The position numbers were made by a program, and so were the translations under genes. Shown piece by piece: positions 1 to 8,926 of a stretch of 64,000 bases of DNA. Origin of the DNA: SAR202 cluster bacterium AG-426-M11 (GTDB lineage: Bacteria > Chloroflexota > Dehalococcoidia > Lucifugimonadales > UBA826); contig QCNV01000002.1 of assembly GCA_003213095.1 (NCBI GenBank), positions 6,300 to 70,299 of the forward strand. The letters run 5' to 3'. Positions within the stretch are counted from its first letter, which is position 1. Each line of letters starts with the position of its first letter. The notes under the pieces were generated by a model. It was given only the letters and a program-made list of their open reading frames with translations. It was not told the DNA's origin and searched no databases.

Positions 1-552
1 TGGGGTGAAATTCAAGGAATAGCTAACAGGACTGATTTTGACCTAAAATCTCATTCTGAAATGAGTGGAGAAAAATTAACTTATTTTGATGAACAGAGCC
101 AAGAACACATCATTCCATATGTAATTGAACCATCTTGTGGAGTAGATCGAACTGTAATGGCTCTATTAATAGATGCTTATTCTGAAGAAACTACTATTCA
201 ACCTAACGGAAAATCAGATACACGAGTACTACTAAAACTCAGTCCGAATATAGCACCTGTAAAAGTGGCTGTTTTGCCTTTAAGTAGAAATGAAAAATTA
301 ACTCCTTTAGCAAATAAAATTTATGATCAAGTTAGAAAATCTTCATTAATATCTGGACATGTCCAATTTGACGACTCTCAAAGTATAGGTAGAAGATATC
401 GTCGACAAGATGAAATAGGCACTCCACTATGTGTAACAGTTGATTTTGATTCTTTGGAAGATAATATGGTGACAATAAGAGAAAGAGATTCCATGAATCA
501 AACAAGAGTTCAAATTTCTAAATTACCAGAGATTATTTCTCAAAAATTATAA
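1..552 (+). CDS. glyQS: Glycine--tRNA ligase (dimeric GlyQS type), C-terminal part; 5' end lies outside the window
   Basis: Frame 1 is open from base 1 (WGEIQGIANRTDFDLKSH...). Class II motif-3 region 'YVIEPSCGVDR' is followed by an anticodon-binding domain ('VAVLPL', 'GRRYRRQDEIGTP'). Confidence 0.85.
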   Translation, partial: WGEIQGIANRTDFDLKSHSEMSGEKLTYFDEQSQEHIIPYVIEPSCGVDRTVMALLIDAYSEETTIQPNGKSDTRVLLKLSPNIAPVKVAVLPLSRNEKLTPLANKIYDQVRKSSLISGHVQFDDSQSIGRRYRRQDEIGTPLCVTVDFDSLEDNMVTIRERDSMNQTRVQISKLPEIISQKL

Positions 553-571
553 ACCTCAAAGATGGATATTT

Positions 572-1810
572 ATGAAAATACTTCACACTGCAGATATTCA
601 TATCGGAGTCGAAAATTACGGAAAAATCGATCCTGAAACACGAACATCTACTAGGCTATCTGATTTTCTGCGCAGTTTTGATGAAATAGTTTCTTTTGCT
701 ATACAAGAAACAGTTGACTTAGTCATTATCGCAGGTGACGCTTACAAAAGTCGAAACCCATCTCAAACCCATCAAAGAGAATTCGCAAAACGGATTTCAA
801 AATTATCTACAAATAACATTCCAGTGTTTATTTTAATAGGGAATCATGATTCTCCAAACATTCCAGGTCCAGCAACTGCTTTAGAAATTTTCCCCACACT
901 TGATGTAGAAAAAGTCACAATAGGCGACCAACTATCTAATTATGATATAAGTACAAAATCAGGTCCAATTCAAATAGTTTCAGTCCCTTGGATCAGAAAA
1001 GGGGATTTAAGTGATAGCAAAATTTCTACAACTCAAACTATAGAAGAAATTAATGAAGAAATTCAAAAAATAATTATTTACAGGATTTCAGAACTAGTCG
1101 ACTCTTTAGATCCCAAATTACCAGCTATTTTGGTGGGTCATCTTTCTACTGAATCAGCAATTACAAGTTCAGAAAAATCTATGATGCTGAGCAAAGATTA
1201 TTTAATTCCCACACAAAATCTTGCATTACCTAAATTAGACTATGTTGCGCTAGGACACATACACAGACATCAACAACTAAACCAAAACCCTCGAGTAGTA
1301 TATTCAGGAAGTATAGAAAGAATAGATTTTGGAGAAGAGAATGACACTAAAGGATTTTGCTTATTAGAAATTGATCCTACAAAAAGTTGGGGACAAAGAG
1401 AAGTAGAATTCCAATTCATACCAGTCAACTCTAGAAAATTTAAAACTATTAAAGTTGAAATAGATAATCAAGATTTAGAGCCTACACAAACAATACTGGA
1501 TGAAATTACCCGACATGAAATCAAGGATTCCATAATTCAATTAATAATCGAAATGTCTGCATCTCAATCTAAAAACGTATTTGATAATGAAATCAGAAAA
1601 GCATTATCAGAGGCATACTTAATTGCTGCAGTTAAAAGAAATATTCGCGCCGAAACTCAACCAAGACTCGACACAAATTTCTCAGACAATATTTCTCCGA
1701 TTGAGGTATTGAAAGAATACTTAAACCATAGGGATTTAGATGATACAAAAAAGAATGCCATAATCGATAAAGGCTATGATTTAATTAATCAAATTAATGA
1801 AGAATCATGA
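572..1810 (+). CDS. sbcD: SbcD/Mre11-family DNA repair exonuclease
   Basis: Calcineurin-like phosphoesterase motifs 'HTADIHIG', 'IAGDAY', 'GNHD', 'GHIH' appear in the SbcD/Mre11 order. The 412 aa length fits. Confidence 0.75.
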   Translation: MKILHTADIHIGVENYGKIDPETRTSTRLSDFLRSFDEIVSFAIQETVDLVIIAGDAYKSRNPSQTHQREFAKRISKLSTNNIPVFILIGNHDSPNIPGPATALEIFPTLDVEKVTIGDQLSNYDISTKSGPIQIVSVPWIRKGDLSDSKISTTQTIEEINEEIQKIIIYRISELVDSLDPKLPAILVGHLSTESAITSSEKSMMLSKDYLIPTQNLALPKLDYVALGHIHRHQQLNQNPRVVYSGSIERIDFGEENDTKGFCLLEIDPTKSWGQREVEFQFIPVNSRKFKTIKVEIDNQDLEPTQTILDEITRHEIKDSIIQLIIEMSASQSKNVFDNEIRKALSEAYLIAAVKRNIRAETQPRLDTNFSDNISPIEVLKEYLNHRDLDDTKKNAIIDKGYDLINQINEES

Positions 1811-2340
1811 AAAAATATTTTTTGTTTTTTGTATTAATTAATATTTTCATCACCACATTTTTTTCTTGCCACATATTGCCTGACCAAAAAAAAATAACAA
1901 CGGAGGCATTCGACTTTAAAGAGACTCTAATGAACACAAATTTTTATTCTGAAAATGAATCATTTCAGCTTTCAGAAGAAATCAAAAATCATGACTTCAC
2001 AATTTTAAATTTTTGGTTTCCATCATGTTCTCCATGTAGAGAAGAAATTCCTGATTTAAACAATTTTTATATCAAAAACAAAAACACAATTTCTATGCTA
2101 GGGATACAATTAATTGGTCTAGACTCAAAACGTGAAGGTGAAAAATTCTTAATTAAATACGGAGTTGAATACCCCTCTGTAGCAGATCTAGAAGGAGAAC
2201 TCACTGTTAAATATTTAGTTAAAGTGTTTCCAACAACAATATTTATCAACAATGATGGCAAAATTGTTAAAACCTGGGAAGGCATCATCAATGAATCTAA
2301 TATTCAAGAAATTTTAGACACCAACTCAGGAAATAAATAA
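1807..2340 (+). CDS. TlpA/ResA-like thiol:disulfide oxidoreductase (thioredoxin fold), probably secreted or a lipoprotein
   Basis: Hydrophobic N-terminus ends in 'FFSC'. CxxC active site is 'WFPSCSPCREEIP'. The start overlaps the sbcD stop (ATGA). Confidence 0.7.
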   Translation: MKKYFLFFVLINIFITTFFSCHILPDQKKITTEAFDFKETLMNTNFYSENESFQLSEEIKNHDFTILNFWFPSCSPCREEIPDLNNFYIKNKNTISMLGIQLIGLDSKREGEKFLIKYGVEYPSVADLEGELTVKYLVKVFPTTIFINNDGKIVKTWEGIINESNIQEILDTNSGNK

Positions 2341-2837
2341 TGAATATTGTAAATATTTTTAACATAGCAGTAACTTGGGCTCACTTAATTTCAGCTACTG
2401 CATGGGTGGGAGGTAGTATTTTTTGGCTAATCGTTTTGACTCCCTCAATACAAAAAATCCCTTCTAATCATCAAACGGAAATACTCAGATCCATTTCTCA
2501 TGAATTTAAATCTGTCGTGGATACGAGTATGTTCATTTTACTATTTACTGGAGCAATCCTAACATTCAACAAGATTACACCAGGTCATATTGGCTCACTA
2601 TACGTTTTGATATTGGGAATAAAAATATTATTAGTAAGTTATTTATTCTATTTACTAAGGTCTCGCAGAAATAATTTGAAAACATCTCGATTTTTTGGAA
2701 CAAAAAACACATCTAGAAATAAATTTGTAATTTTGACTAAAAAATCAAACATGATAGTACTCATAGGACTGATAGTTTATTTAATATCAAGCATACTAAG
2801 TTCTATATCCGAAGCATCCATCCATTTACCAATTTAA
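2340..2837 (+). CDS. Small polytopic membrane protein, possibly CopD-like
   Basis: About 4 hydrophobic helices. 'WAHLISATAWVGGSIFW' resembles the CopD-domain first helix. The start overlaps the upstream stop (TAATG). Confidence 0.35.
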   Translation: MNIVNIFNIAVTWAHLISATAWVGGSIFWLIVLTPSIQKIPSNHQTEILRSISHEFKSVVDTSMFILLFTGAILTFNKITPGHIGSLYVLILGIKILLVSYLFYLLRSRRNNLKTSRFFGTKNTSRNKFVILTKKSNMIVLIGLIVYLISSILSSISEASIHLPI

Positions 2838-3282
2838 TATCTTTATACATTTCATATACAGTTTTTTTAGTAACTGGATGTATTAATTCCGGAAGAAGAT
2901 CAATTAAGGGTCTCAAAACAAATTCCCTATCAGAAATTCGAGGGTGGGGCAAGATTAAATTTGGTGTATTAAACACATAATTTCCCCACATCAAAACATC
3001 AATATCAATGGTCCTTGGAGCATTGAGAAAAGATTTGTTTTTACCAAGTTTTTTCTCTATTGAAGAAGTGCAATCAAAAAATTCCCATGGACTTAAATTT
3101 ACTTCTAAAACACAAACGGCATTTACAAAGTTAGGTTGAATTTCAAAACCGTGAGGAAAAGTTTCGTAAAGTGGGGATATTTTGAAATTAGTCCCTAATT
3201 TAGATATCAAATCAGATGCAATAAATATATTTTGTTTTTTATCACCTATATTCGAGCCTAGCCCTAATATTGCTTGAGTCAT
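2803..3282 (-). CDS. folK: 2-amino-4-hydroxy-6-hydroxymethyldihydropteridine pyrophosphokinase (HPPK)
   Basis: HPPK motifs 'LGLGSNIGD', 'SPLYETFP', 'LPHPRISDREFVLRPL'. Confidence 0.9.
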   Translation of the reverse strand: MTQAILGLGSNIGDKKQNIFIASDLISKLGTNFKISPLYETFPHGFEIQPNFVNAVCVLEVNLSPWEFFDCTSSIEKKLGKNKSFLNAPRTIDIDVLMWGNYVFNTPNLILPHPRISDREFVLRPLIDLLPELIHPVTKKTVYEMYKDIKLVNGWMLRI

Positions 3283-4121
3283 GATTTTTTGAAACCATGC
3301 ACCAAAGCATCAGTCATTTTTGCAACTCTTACCATATTTCTGACATCATGAACTCTAACTATATTGGCGCCATTATAAATTGAAACAGCTACAAGTGCTG
3401 ATGTTCCTTCTAAGCGATCTTCTACTGGTAAATCTAAAATTTTTCCTATAGTAGATTTTCGAGAAGGACCAATTAATATTGGAGATTTCAGAAATTTATA
3501 TTCACTCAATCTTCTAATAATTTCAAGATTATGATTAAGATTTTTTGCAAAACCAAAACCGGGATCTACTATAATCTTTGATCTTTCAACTCCATTATTT
3601 TCTGCAAAATCTATACTTTGTTTTAAATCATTTATGGTGTCAGTCACAACATCAGAATAAGTGTCAGACAAAGCATTATGCATAATAACCACACAAACAT
3701 TATTATCAGCTATCACTTTGACCAATTTGGAATCTTTCTTCAAACCCCAAATATCATTAACAATAGTTGCTCCAGCTCTAATAGCTTCAATAGCAACCTC
3801 TGATTTACTTGTATCAATGCTAACGCAAACATCAGATTGACTTCTAATGCCTTCAATAACAGGAATAACTCTTTCTATTTCTTCTGAAACTGAAATTTCC
3901 TTAACATTTTTATAAAGATTTGGAGGGCGAGTTGATTCTCCTCCAACATCAATAATGTCAGCCCCATCTTTCACAAATTGAACGGCTTGAGAAATAGCAG
4001 AATCAAAATTTATCCCAAAACCATCCCCCGAAAATGAATCAGGCGTAACATTGATTATCCCCATAACAGAAGTTTTTGAGTACCATATACTTTTATCCAT
4101 AAGGAAAGTATAAATCAACAA
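3279..4121 (-). CDS. folP: Dihydropteroate synthase
   Basis: 'GIINVTPDSFSGDG', 'DVGGESTRP', 'IVNDIWG', 'DPGFGFAK'. There is a 4-nt overlap with folK. Confidence 0.92.
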   Translation of the reverse strand: MLIYTFLMDKSIWYSKTSVMGIINVTPDSFSGDGFGINFDSAISQAVQFVKDGADIIDVGGESTRPPNLYKNVKEISVSEEIERVIPVIEGIRSQSDVCVSIDTSKSEVAIEAIRAGATIVNDIWGLKKDSKLVKVIADNNVCVVIMHNALSDTYSDVVTDTINDLKQSIDFAENNGVERSKIIVDPGFGFAKNLNHNLEIIRRLSEYKFLKSPILIGPSRKSTIGKILDLPVEDRLEGTSALVAVSIYNGANIVRVHDVRNMVRVAKMTDALVHGFKKS

Positions 4122-4144
4122 ATACTAAAACATTAATATATTAG

Positions 4145-4169
4145 ATATTTTCTACTATCTAGAAAATAT
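4145..4169. promoter_or_regulatory. 10-bp-arm perfect palindrome in the folP / carboxyltransferase divergent region
   Basis: atattttcta-ctatc-tagaaaatat. This is the only long perfect inverted repeat in this 121-nt intergenic region. Confidence 0.25.
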
Positions 4170-4242
4170 AATTCAGATACAATGATTAGGTTGATTTTTA
4201 ATACAACAAATTTTTAAATACAACACAGTTAGGTGGAACTAA

Positions 4243-5796
4243 ATGAACCCCCAACCAACAGAAGATAAAAACAAAAAACTAATCGAAATTAAAGAAACCG
4301 CTAATTTAGGTGGTGGACAGAAAAGAATCGACTCTCAACATGCAAAAGGAAAATTCACTGCACGTGAACGAATTTCATTCCTTTTAGACGAAAATTCATT
4401 TGAAGAAACCGACTCTCTTGTTACTCATAGAAGTAATGAATTTGGATTAGAGGATCAAAAATTTTTTGGCGACGCTGTAGTTACAGGATATGGTTTGATT
4501 AATGGCAGATTAGTTTTTGTGTATGCTCAAGATTTCACTGTTCTAGGAGGATCGTTATCTGAAGCTGTTTCTGAAAAAATATGCAAAGTCATGGATTTAG
4601 CTGTTCAAAATGGCGCCCCAATAATCGGATTAATTGATTCTGGAGGTGCTAGAATTCAAGAGGGCATAGATAGCCTCTCAGGATATGCGAAAATCTTTCA
4701 AAGAAATGTTATAGCATCAGGTGTTGTTCCTCAAATTTCAGTGATGATGGGCCCAGCTGCAGGAGGAGCAACATATTCTCCAGCATTAACTGACTTTATT
4801 TTTATGGTAGAAGGTACCGGACAAATGTACATTACAGGACCAGATGTAATTAGGGCTGTAACTTCTGAAGAAATTTCTCACGAAGAATTGGGGGGATTCC
4901 AAATGCATACCCAATTAAGTGGAGTTGCGCATTTTAGTTTTGAAAAAGAAGAAATAACTCTTCAGAAAGTTCGTGAGTTACTTGAATATATTCCTCAAAA
5001 CAATATGGAAGAACCTCAAGTCGATGAAAACGTAGAAATTCAAAGTTCAGAAATATTAAATCAAATTATTCCCGATAACCCCAATGAACCATACGATATG
5101 TTAACAGTTATCAATGAAATCATTGATGAAGAATCTCTTTTCCAGGTTCATGAAGATTTTGCAAAAAATATTATTGTAGGATTTTCTAGAATAGGAGGAC
5201 AATCTGTTGGAATAGTAGCTCAACAACCTGAACATTTAGCTGGCTCATTAGATGTAAACGCCTCCATAAAAGCCGCAAGATTTGTTAGGTTTTGTGATGC
5301 ATTCAACATACCATTAATTACATTTATTGACGTACCTGGTTTTCTACCTGGAGTTGAACAAGAAAAATTGGGGATTATACGACATGGCGCAAAATTAATT
5401 TTTGCCTATGCAGAAGCAACAGTTCCAAAGATCAGTATTCTTACTAGAAAGGCATATGGGGGCTCATACATAGTGATGAGCAGTAAAAATCTAAATGGAG
5501 ATATTAATTTATCTTGGCCAACTGGAGAGATTGCAGTAATGGGTGCTGAAGGAGCAGTAAATATAATACATAAAAAATCTATTTCGGAATCTGAATCATC
5601 AGAAGATTTAAAAACCCAATTAATTAGTGAATACGAAGAAAAATTCATGAATCCATATGTTGCAGCAAGCAGAGGATTAATAGATGATGTAATTACACCA
5701 TCAGAAACAAGAGTCAAAATTATCAAATCTTTAAAAATGTTGCAGAATAAAAGACAAAATTTTCCTCCTAAAAAACATGGAAGTATCCCATTATGA
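4243..5796 (+). CDS. Acyl-CoA carboxylase carboxyltransferase (beta) subunit, propionyl-CoA/methylmalonyl-CoA type
   Basis: Tandem carboxyl-transferase domains with 'GGARIQEG', 'MGPAAGGATYSPALTDF', 'RKAYGGSYIVM'. Substrate cannot be assigned from sequence alone. Confidence 0.88.
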   Translation: MNPQPTEDKNKKLIEIKETANLGGGQKRIDSQHAKGKFTARERISFLLDENSFEETDSLVTHRSNEFGLEDQKFFGDAVVTGYGLINGRLVFVYAQDFTVLGGSLSEAVSEKICKVMDLAVQNGAPIIGLIDSGGARIQEGIDSLSGYAKIFQRNVIASGVVPQISVMMGPAAGGATYSPALTDFIFMVEGTGQMYITGPDVIRAVTSEEISHEELGGFQMHTQLSGVAHFSFEKEEITLQKVRELLEYIPQNNMEEPQVDENVEIQSSEILNQIIPDNPNEPYDMLTVINEIIDEESLFQVHEDFAKNIIVGFSRIGGQSVGIVAQQPEHLAGSLDVNASIKAARFVRFCDAFNIPLITFIDVPGFLPGVEQEKLGIIRHGAKLIFAYAEATVPKISILTRKAYGGSYIVMSSKNLNGDINLSWPTGEIAVMGAEGAVNIIHKKSISESESSEDLKTQLISEYEEKFMNPYVAASRGLIDDVITPSETRVKIIKSLKMLQNKRQNFPPKKHGSIPL

Positions 5797-6194
5797 ACTC
5801 CCCTAGAAATAAAGTGATTCCGAGTCACAAAACCTTGAACTCTTGGAAATTGCGAAAATTTTCAAATTCTGAAGAAAATGATTTAACTGCAAAAATGGGG
5901 TGGAAAAATATTAAATCATGTAATCAATTCAAAGTGAAACAGGAACTCAATCCAAATTATGTTGAAAATATATATAAAGAAATTTGCACCCCTGTATCAG
6001 GTAAATTGATTAAATTAAATATCAAAATAGGAGATGAAGTGATTTCAGGTCATCCTATTGCAATTTTAGATTCTATGAATATCGACCAAATCATTCCTGC
6101 AAATTGTACTGGCAGAGTTGAATCAATTTCTGTCAAACAAGGCGATTTGGTTGAAAAAGGAAAATCGATAGCTATAATCACATTACCTAATTAA
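5793..6194 (+). CDS. Biotinyl/lipoyl-domain-like protein lacking the biotin-attachment lysine
   Basis: The C-terminal ~70 aa align to the BCCP fold ('[22 protein letters not shown]...[13 protein letters not shown]'). The canonical E-A-M-K-M reads D-S-M-N-I here (AAT codon at about 6078-6080). The ATGA start is coupled to the carboxyltransferase. Confidence 0.6.
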   Translation: MNSPRNKVIPSHKTLNSWKLRKFSNSEENDLTAKMGWKNIKSCNQFKVKQELNPNYVENIYKEICTPVSGKLIKLNIKIGDEVISGHPIAILDSMNIDQIIPANCTGRVESISVKQGDLVEKGKSIAIITLPN

Positions 6195-6210
6195 TTCACA
6201 GGAAGGTAAT

Positions 6211-7140
6211 ATGAGACAAAAAGTTACAGTAGTTGGTGCAGGAAATGTTGGCGCCACAACAGCTCAAAGAATTTTTGACAAAGGGTATGCAGACGTCACG
6301 TTAGTAGACATAGTAGAAGGGCTACCCCAAGGAAAGGCTTTAGACATATTAGAATCAGGTCCAATTTTAGGTTCTGACGCTAAAATTATCGGATCTAATA
6401 CTTACGAAGAAACTGCAAATTCAGATGTGGTTGTTGTAACTTCCGGAATAGCCAGAAAACCTGGTATGAGTAGAGACGATCTTTTACTAACAAACATGAA
6501 AATTGTATCAAGTGTGGTAGAAGAGACTTCAAAATTTTCCCCTAACAGTATCCATATCATAGTGACTAATCCACTAGATGCAATGGCTCAACAAGCTTTA
6601 AAAATTTCAGGACATTCTCCTGAAAAAATCGTAGGAATGGCAGGAATTTTAGACACCTCAAGGTATCGTACATTTCTTGCGGAAGAATTAAATGTTTCTG
6701 TCGATTCTGTTGCTGCTTATGTTCTCGGGGGGCATGGAGACACCATGGTTCCGGTTGTAGAAAGCACAAATGTAGCTGGGACCCCAATATCTCAATTAAT
6801 TGAACCAAAAAGATTAGAAGAAATTGTTCAAAGAGCTAGAGACGGTGGTGCAGAAATTGTCAATTTCCTAAAAACAGGTAGCGCTTACTATGCTCCATCT
6901 GCTTCCATTGTACAAATGGTAGAAGCTATACTTTTTGATAAAAAAGAGATTCTCCCTTGCACTGCATACCTAAATGGAGAATACGGAATCAACGGACTTT
7001 ATGTTGGAGTGCCAGTTAAACTGGGCGCTGCAGGCGCAGAACAAATCATTGAATTAAAACTTAATGACGAAGAATTGTCTGCATTACAAAAGTCTGCTGA
7101 TTCAGTAAAAGAATTAGTAGATATCATGCAAAAAGCATAA
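6211..7140 (+). CDS. mdh: Malate dehydrogenase (LDH-like family)
   Basis: '[15 protein letters not shown]' Rossmann motif, '[13 protein letters not shown]', 'GGHGDTMVP'. Confidence 0.9.
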   Translation: MRQKVTVVGAGNVGATTAQRIFDKGYADVTLVDIVEGLPQGKALDILESGPILGSDAKIIGSNTYEETANSDVVVVTSGIARKPGMSRDDLLLTNMKIVSSVVEETSKFSPNSIHIIVTNPLDAMAQQALKISGHSPEKIVGMAGILDTSRYRTFLAEELNVSVDSVAAYVLGGHGDTMVPVVESTNVAGTPISQLIEPKRLEEIVQRARDGGAEIVNFLKTGSAYYAPSASIVQMVEAILFDKKEILPCTAYLNGEYGINGLYVGVPVKLGAAGAEQIIELKLNDEELSALQKSADSVKELVDIMQKA

Positions 7141-7143
7141 ATA

Positions 7144-7617
7144 ATGATAGTTTCAGTCATTGGAGAAAGTATCGCTACTCCCTTAAATGAGAAATACGCA
7201 TATGAAGTTGGAAAATTGCTGGCAAAATCCAATTTAACTTTAGCTTGCGGAGGACTAGGAGGTGTTATGGAAGCTGCTTCTGAAGGCTGTAAAAAAGAGG
7301 GTGGGACTACAATAGGAATATTACCAGGATTAAATCCTTCAGAATCTAACCAATGGATTGACATTCCTATATGCACAGGTCTTGGATATGCTAGAAATGT
7401 TATTGTTGCAAGAACTGGCCTAGTTGTAATTGCTATTGGGGGAGCTTATGGGACTTTATCAGAAATAGCATATGCTTTAGCTGAAGATAAACCTGTAATA
7501 GGTCTAAACACTTGGGAAATAATGAAGAATAATTCATTTGATAACAAAATTACCAGAGCCAACAATGCACAAGATGCAGTTCAAAAAACATTAGAAAAAA
7601 TTGCAGGCAAGGGATGA
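7144..7617 (+). CDS. TIGR00725/LOG-family (lysine-decarboxylase-like) protein
   Basis: 'ACGGLGGVMEAASEGC', 'GILPG', 'IAIGGAYGTLSEIA' are typical of the LOG/TIGR00725 Rossmann fold. Confidence 0.65.
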   Translation: MIVSVIGESIATPLNEKYAYEVGKLLAKSNLTLACGGLGGVMEAASEGCKKEGGTTIGILPGLNPSESNQWIDIPICTGLGYARNVIVARTGLVVIAIGGAYGTLSEIAYALAEDKPVIGLNTWEIMKNNSFDNKITRANNAQDAVQKTLEKIAGKG

Positions 7618-7618
7618 A

Positions 7619-8911
7619 ATGGCAAAAATTCAACAAATTAACCCTAGAACTATACTAGACTCTAGAGGTAATCCCACTATAGAAGTGGATATATTTTTGA
7701 CCGATGGTGAATCAGGGACTGCTTCTGCCCCTTCAGGAGCTAGTACAGGTAAATCTGAAGCACATGAGTTAAGAGACTTAGACAAAAATCACTTTCACGG
7801 GAAAGGCGTAAATAAAGCAATAGCTAATATTCAAAATGAAATTGCACCTTCTCTAATAGGAATGAACGCTGACGATCAACAAGCTATTGATGAATGTTTA
7901 ATTTCTTTAGATGGGACTCAAAACAAATCAAGATTAGGTGCGAATTCGATTTTAGCTATTTCATTAGCAAATGCTATAGCAAATGCAAAATCAAAAAAAA
8001 CAAGCTTATTCAAACTAATAAGTCATAACGAAAACTATTCTTTACCTGTTCCAATGTTAAATATTATTAACGGAGGAAAACACGCTAAAAATTCTACTGA
8101 TATTCAAGAATTTATGATCATTCCAGCAGGTTTCGACACTTTTTTTGATGCATTAAAATCAGGATCTGAAATTTTCCACCATTTATCAAAATTATTATCT
8201 GAACAAAAACTTAACACATCAGTAGGAGACGAAGGAGGTTTTGCTCCTTCACTATCATCAAACGAACAAGCTTTAGAGTTGATTTTACAAGCTATTGAAC
8301 TTGCTTCATACCAACCTGGTCAACAAGTTTTTATTGGAATCGATTCAGCAGCTTCTGAAATTTATGACAACCAAAGCTTTAAGTACAATTTTGACAATGA
8401 AAATAAAATATTATCTTCAGAAAACTTAATTCAACTATACAAAAAGTGGGTACAGAATTATCCATTAATAAGCATTGAAGATGGAATAGAAGAAGATTCA
8501 TGGGACGATTGGAACAAATTGAATTCTCAAATTGGAGAAAACTGCCAATTAGTAGGAGACGATCTATTTACAACTAACCCCAATAGAATAGAAAGAGGAA
8601 TAAGAGAAAAAAGCGCTAATTCAGTTTTAATTAAACCTAACCAAATTGGTACTCTTACAGAAACATTAAATGCTATAAAGATAGCAAAATCTGTCAATTG
8701 GGGGACAGTAATCAGCCATAGATCTGGAGAAACTGAAAGTTCTTTCATAGCTGACCTTGCAGTAGCAACAAACGCTGGACAAATAAAATCCGGGGCTCCT
8801 TCAAGAGGTGAAAGAACTGCAAAATACAACCAATTAATCAGAATAGAACAACAACTAGGACAAAAAGCCATTTTTTCAGGCACAACAATTTTTGAAAAAT
8901 TCATCAAATGA
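7619..8911 (+). CDS. eno: Enolase
   Basis: 'SRGNPTIEV', 'GDEGGFAP', 'SHRSGETE'. I prefer the ATG at 7619 (after 'AAGGGA') over the TTG at 7601 in the ORF track. Confidence 0.95.
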   Translation: MAKIQQINPRTILDSRGNPTIEVDIFLTDGESGTASAPSGASTGKSEAHELRDLDKNHFHGKGVNKAIANIQNEIAPSLIGMNADDQQAIDECLISLDGTQNKSRLGANSILAISLANAIANAKSKKTSLFKLISHNENYSLPVPMLNIINGGKHAKNSTDIQEFMIIPAGFDTFFDALKSGSEIFHHLSKLLSEQKLNTSVGDEGGFAPSLSSNEQALELILQAIELASYQPGQQVFIGIDSAASEIYDNQSFKYNFDNENKILSSENLIQLYKKWVQNYPLISIEDGIEEDSWDDWNKLNSQIGENCQLVGDDLFTTNPNRIERGIREKSANSVLIKPNQIGTLTETLNAIKIAKSVNWGTVISHRSGETESSFIADLAVATNAGQIKSGAPSRGERTAKYNQLIRIEQQLGQKAIFSGTTIFEKFIK

Positions 8912-8926
8912 TCTAAGAGGACAAAA

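Noticed and set aside
5406-5828. A 140-aa ORF antisense to the carboxyltransferase gene. Similar antisense ORFs lie at 2067-2291, 6566-6808, 6999-7376, 8527-8997, 9490-9690, 11846-12028, 12218-12511, 15408-15653, 19342-19935, 23248-23445, 25452-25640, 27666-27866, 28453-28796, 33885-34406, 35067-35611, 37418-37624, 37905-38579, 42738-43892, 44144-44347, 45364-45693, 46153-46341, 48393-48728, 50637-50822, 52109-52300, 53180-53377, 54801-55192, 57596-57978, 58294-59127, 59612-59842 and 59902-60144.
   Set aside because: Each lies wholly or mostly inside a gene on the other strand or frame that has unmistakable conserved motifs. Their translations are low-complexity (Ser/Leu/Pro/Ile-rich), have no recognisable domains and lack a Shine-Dalgarno sequence.
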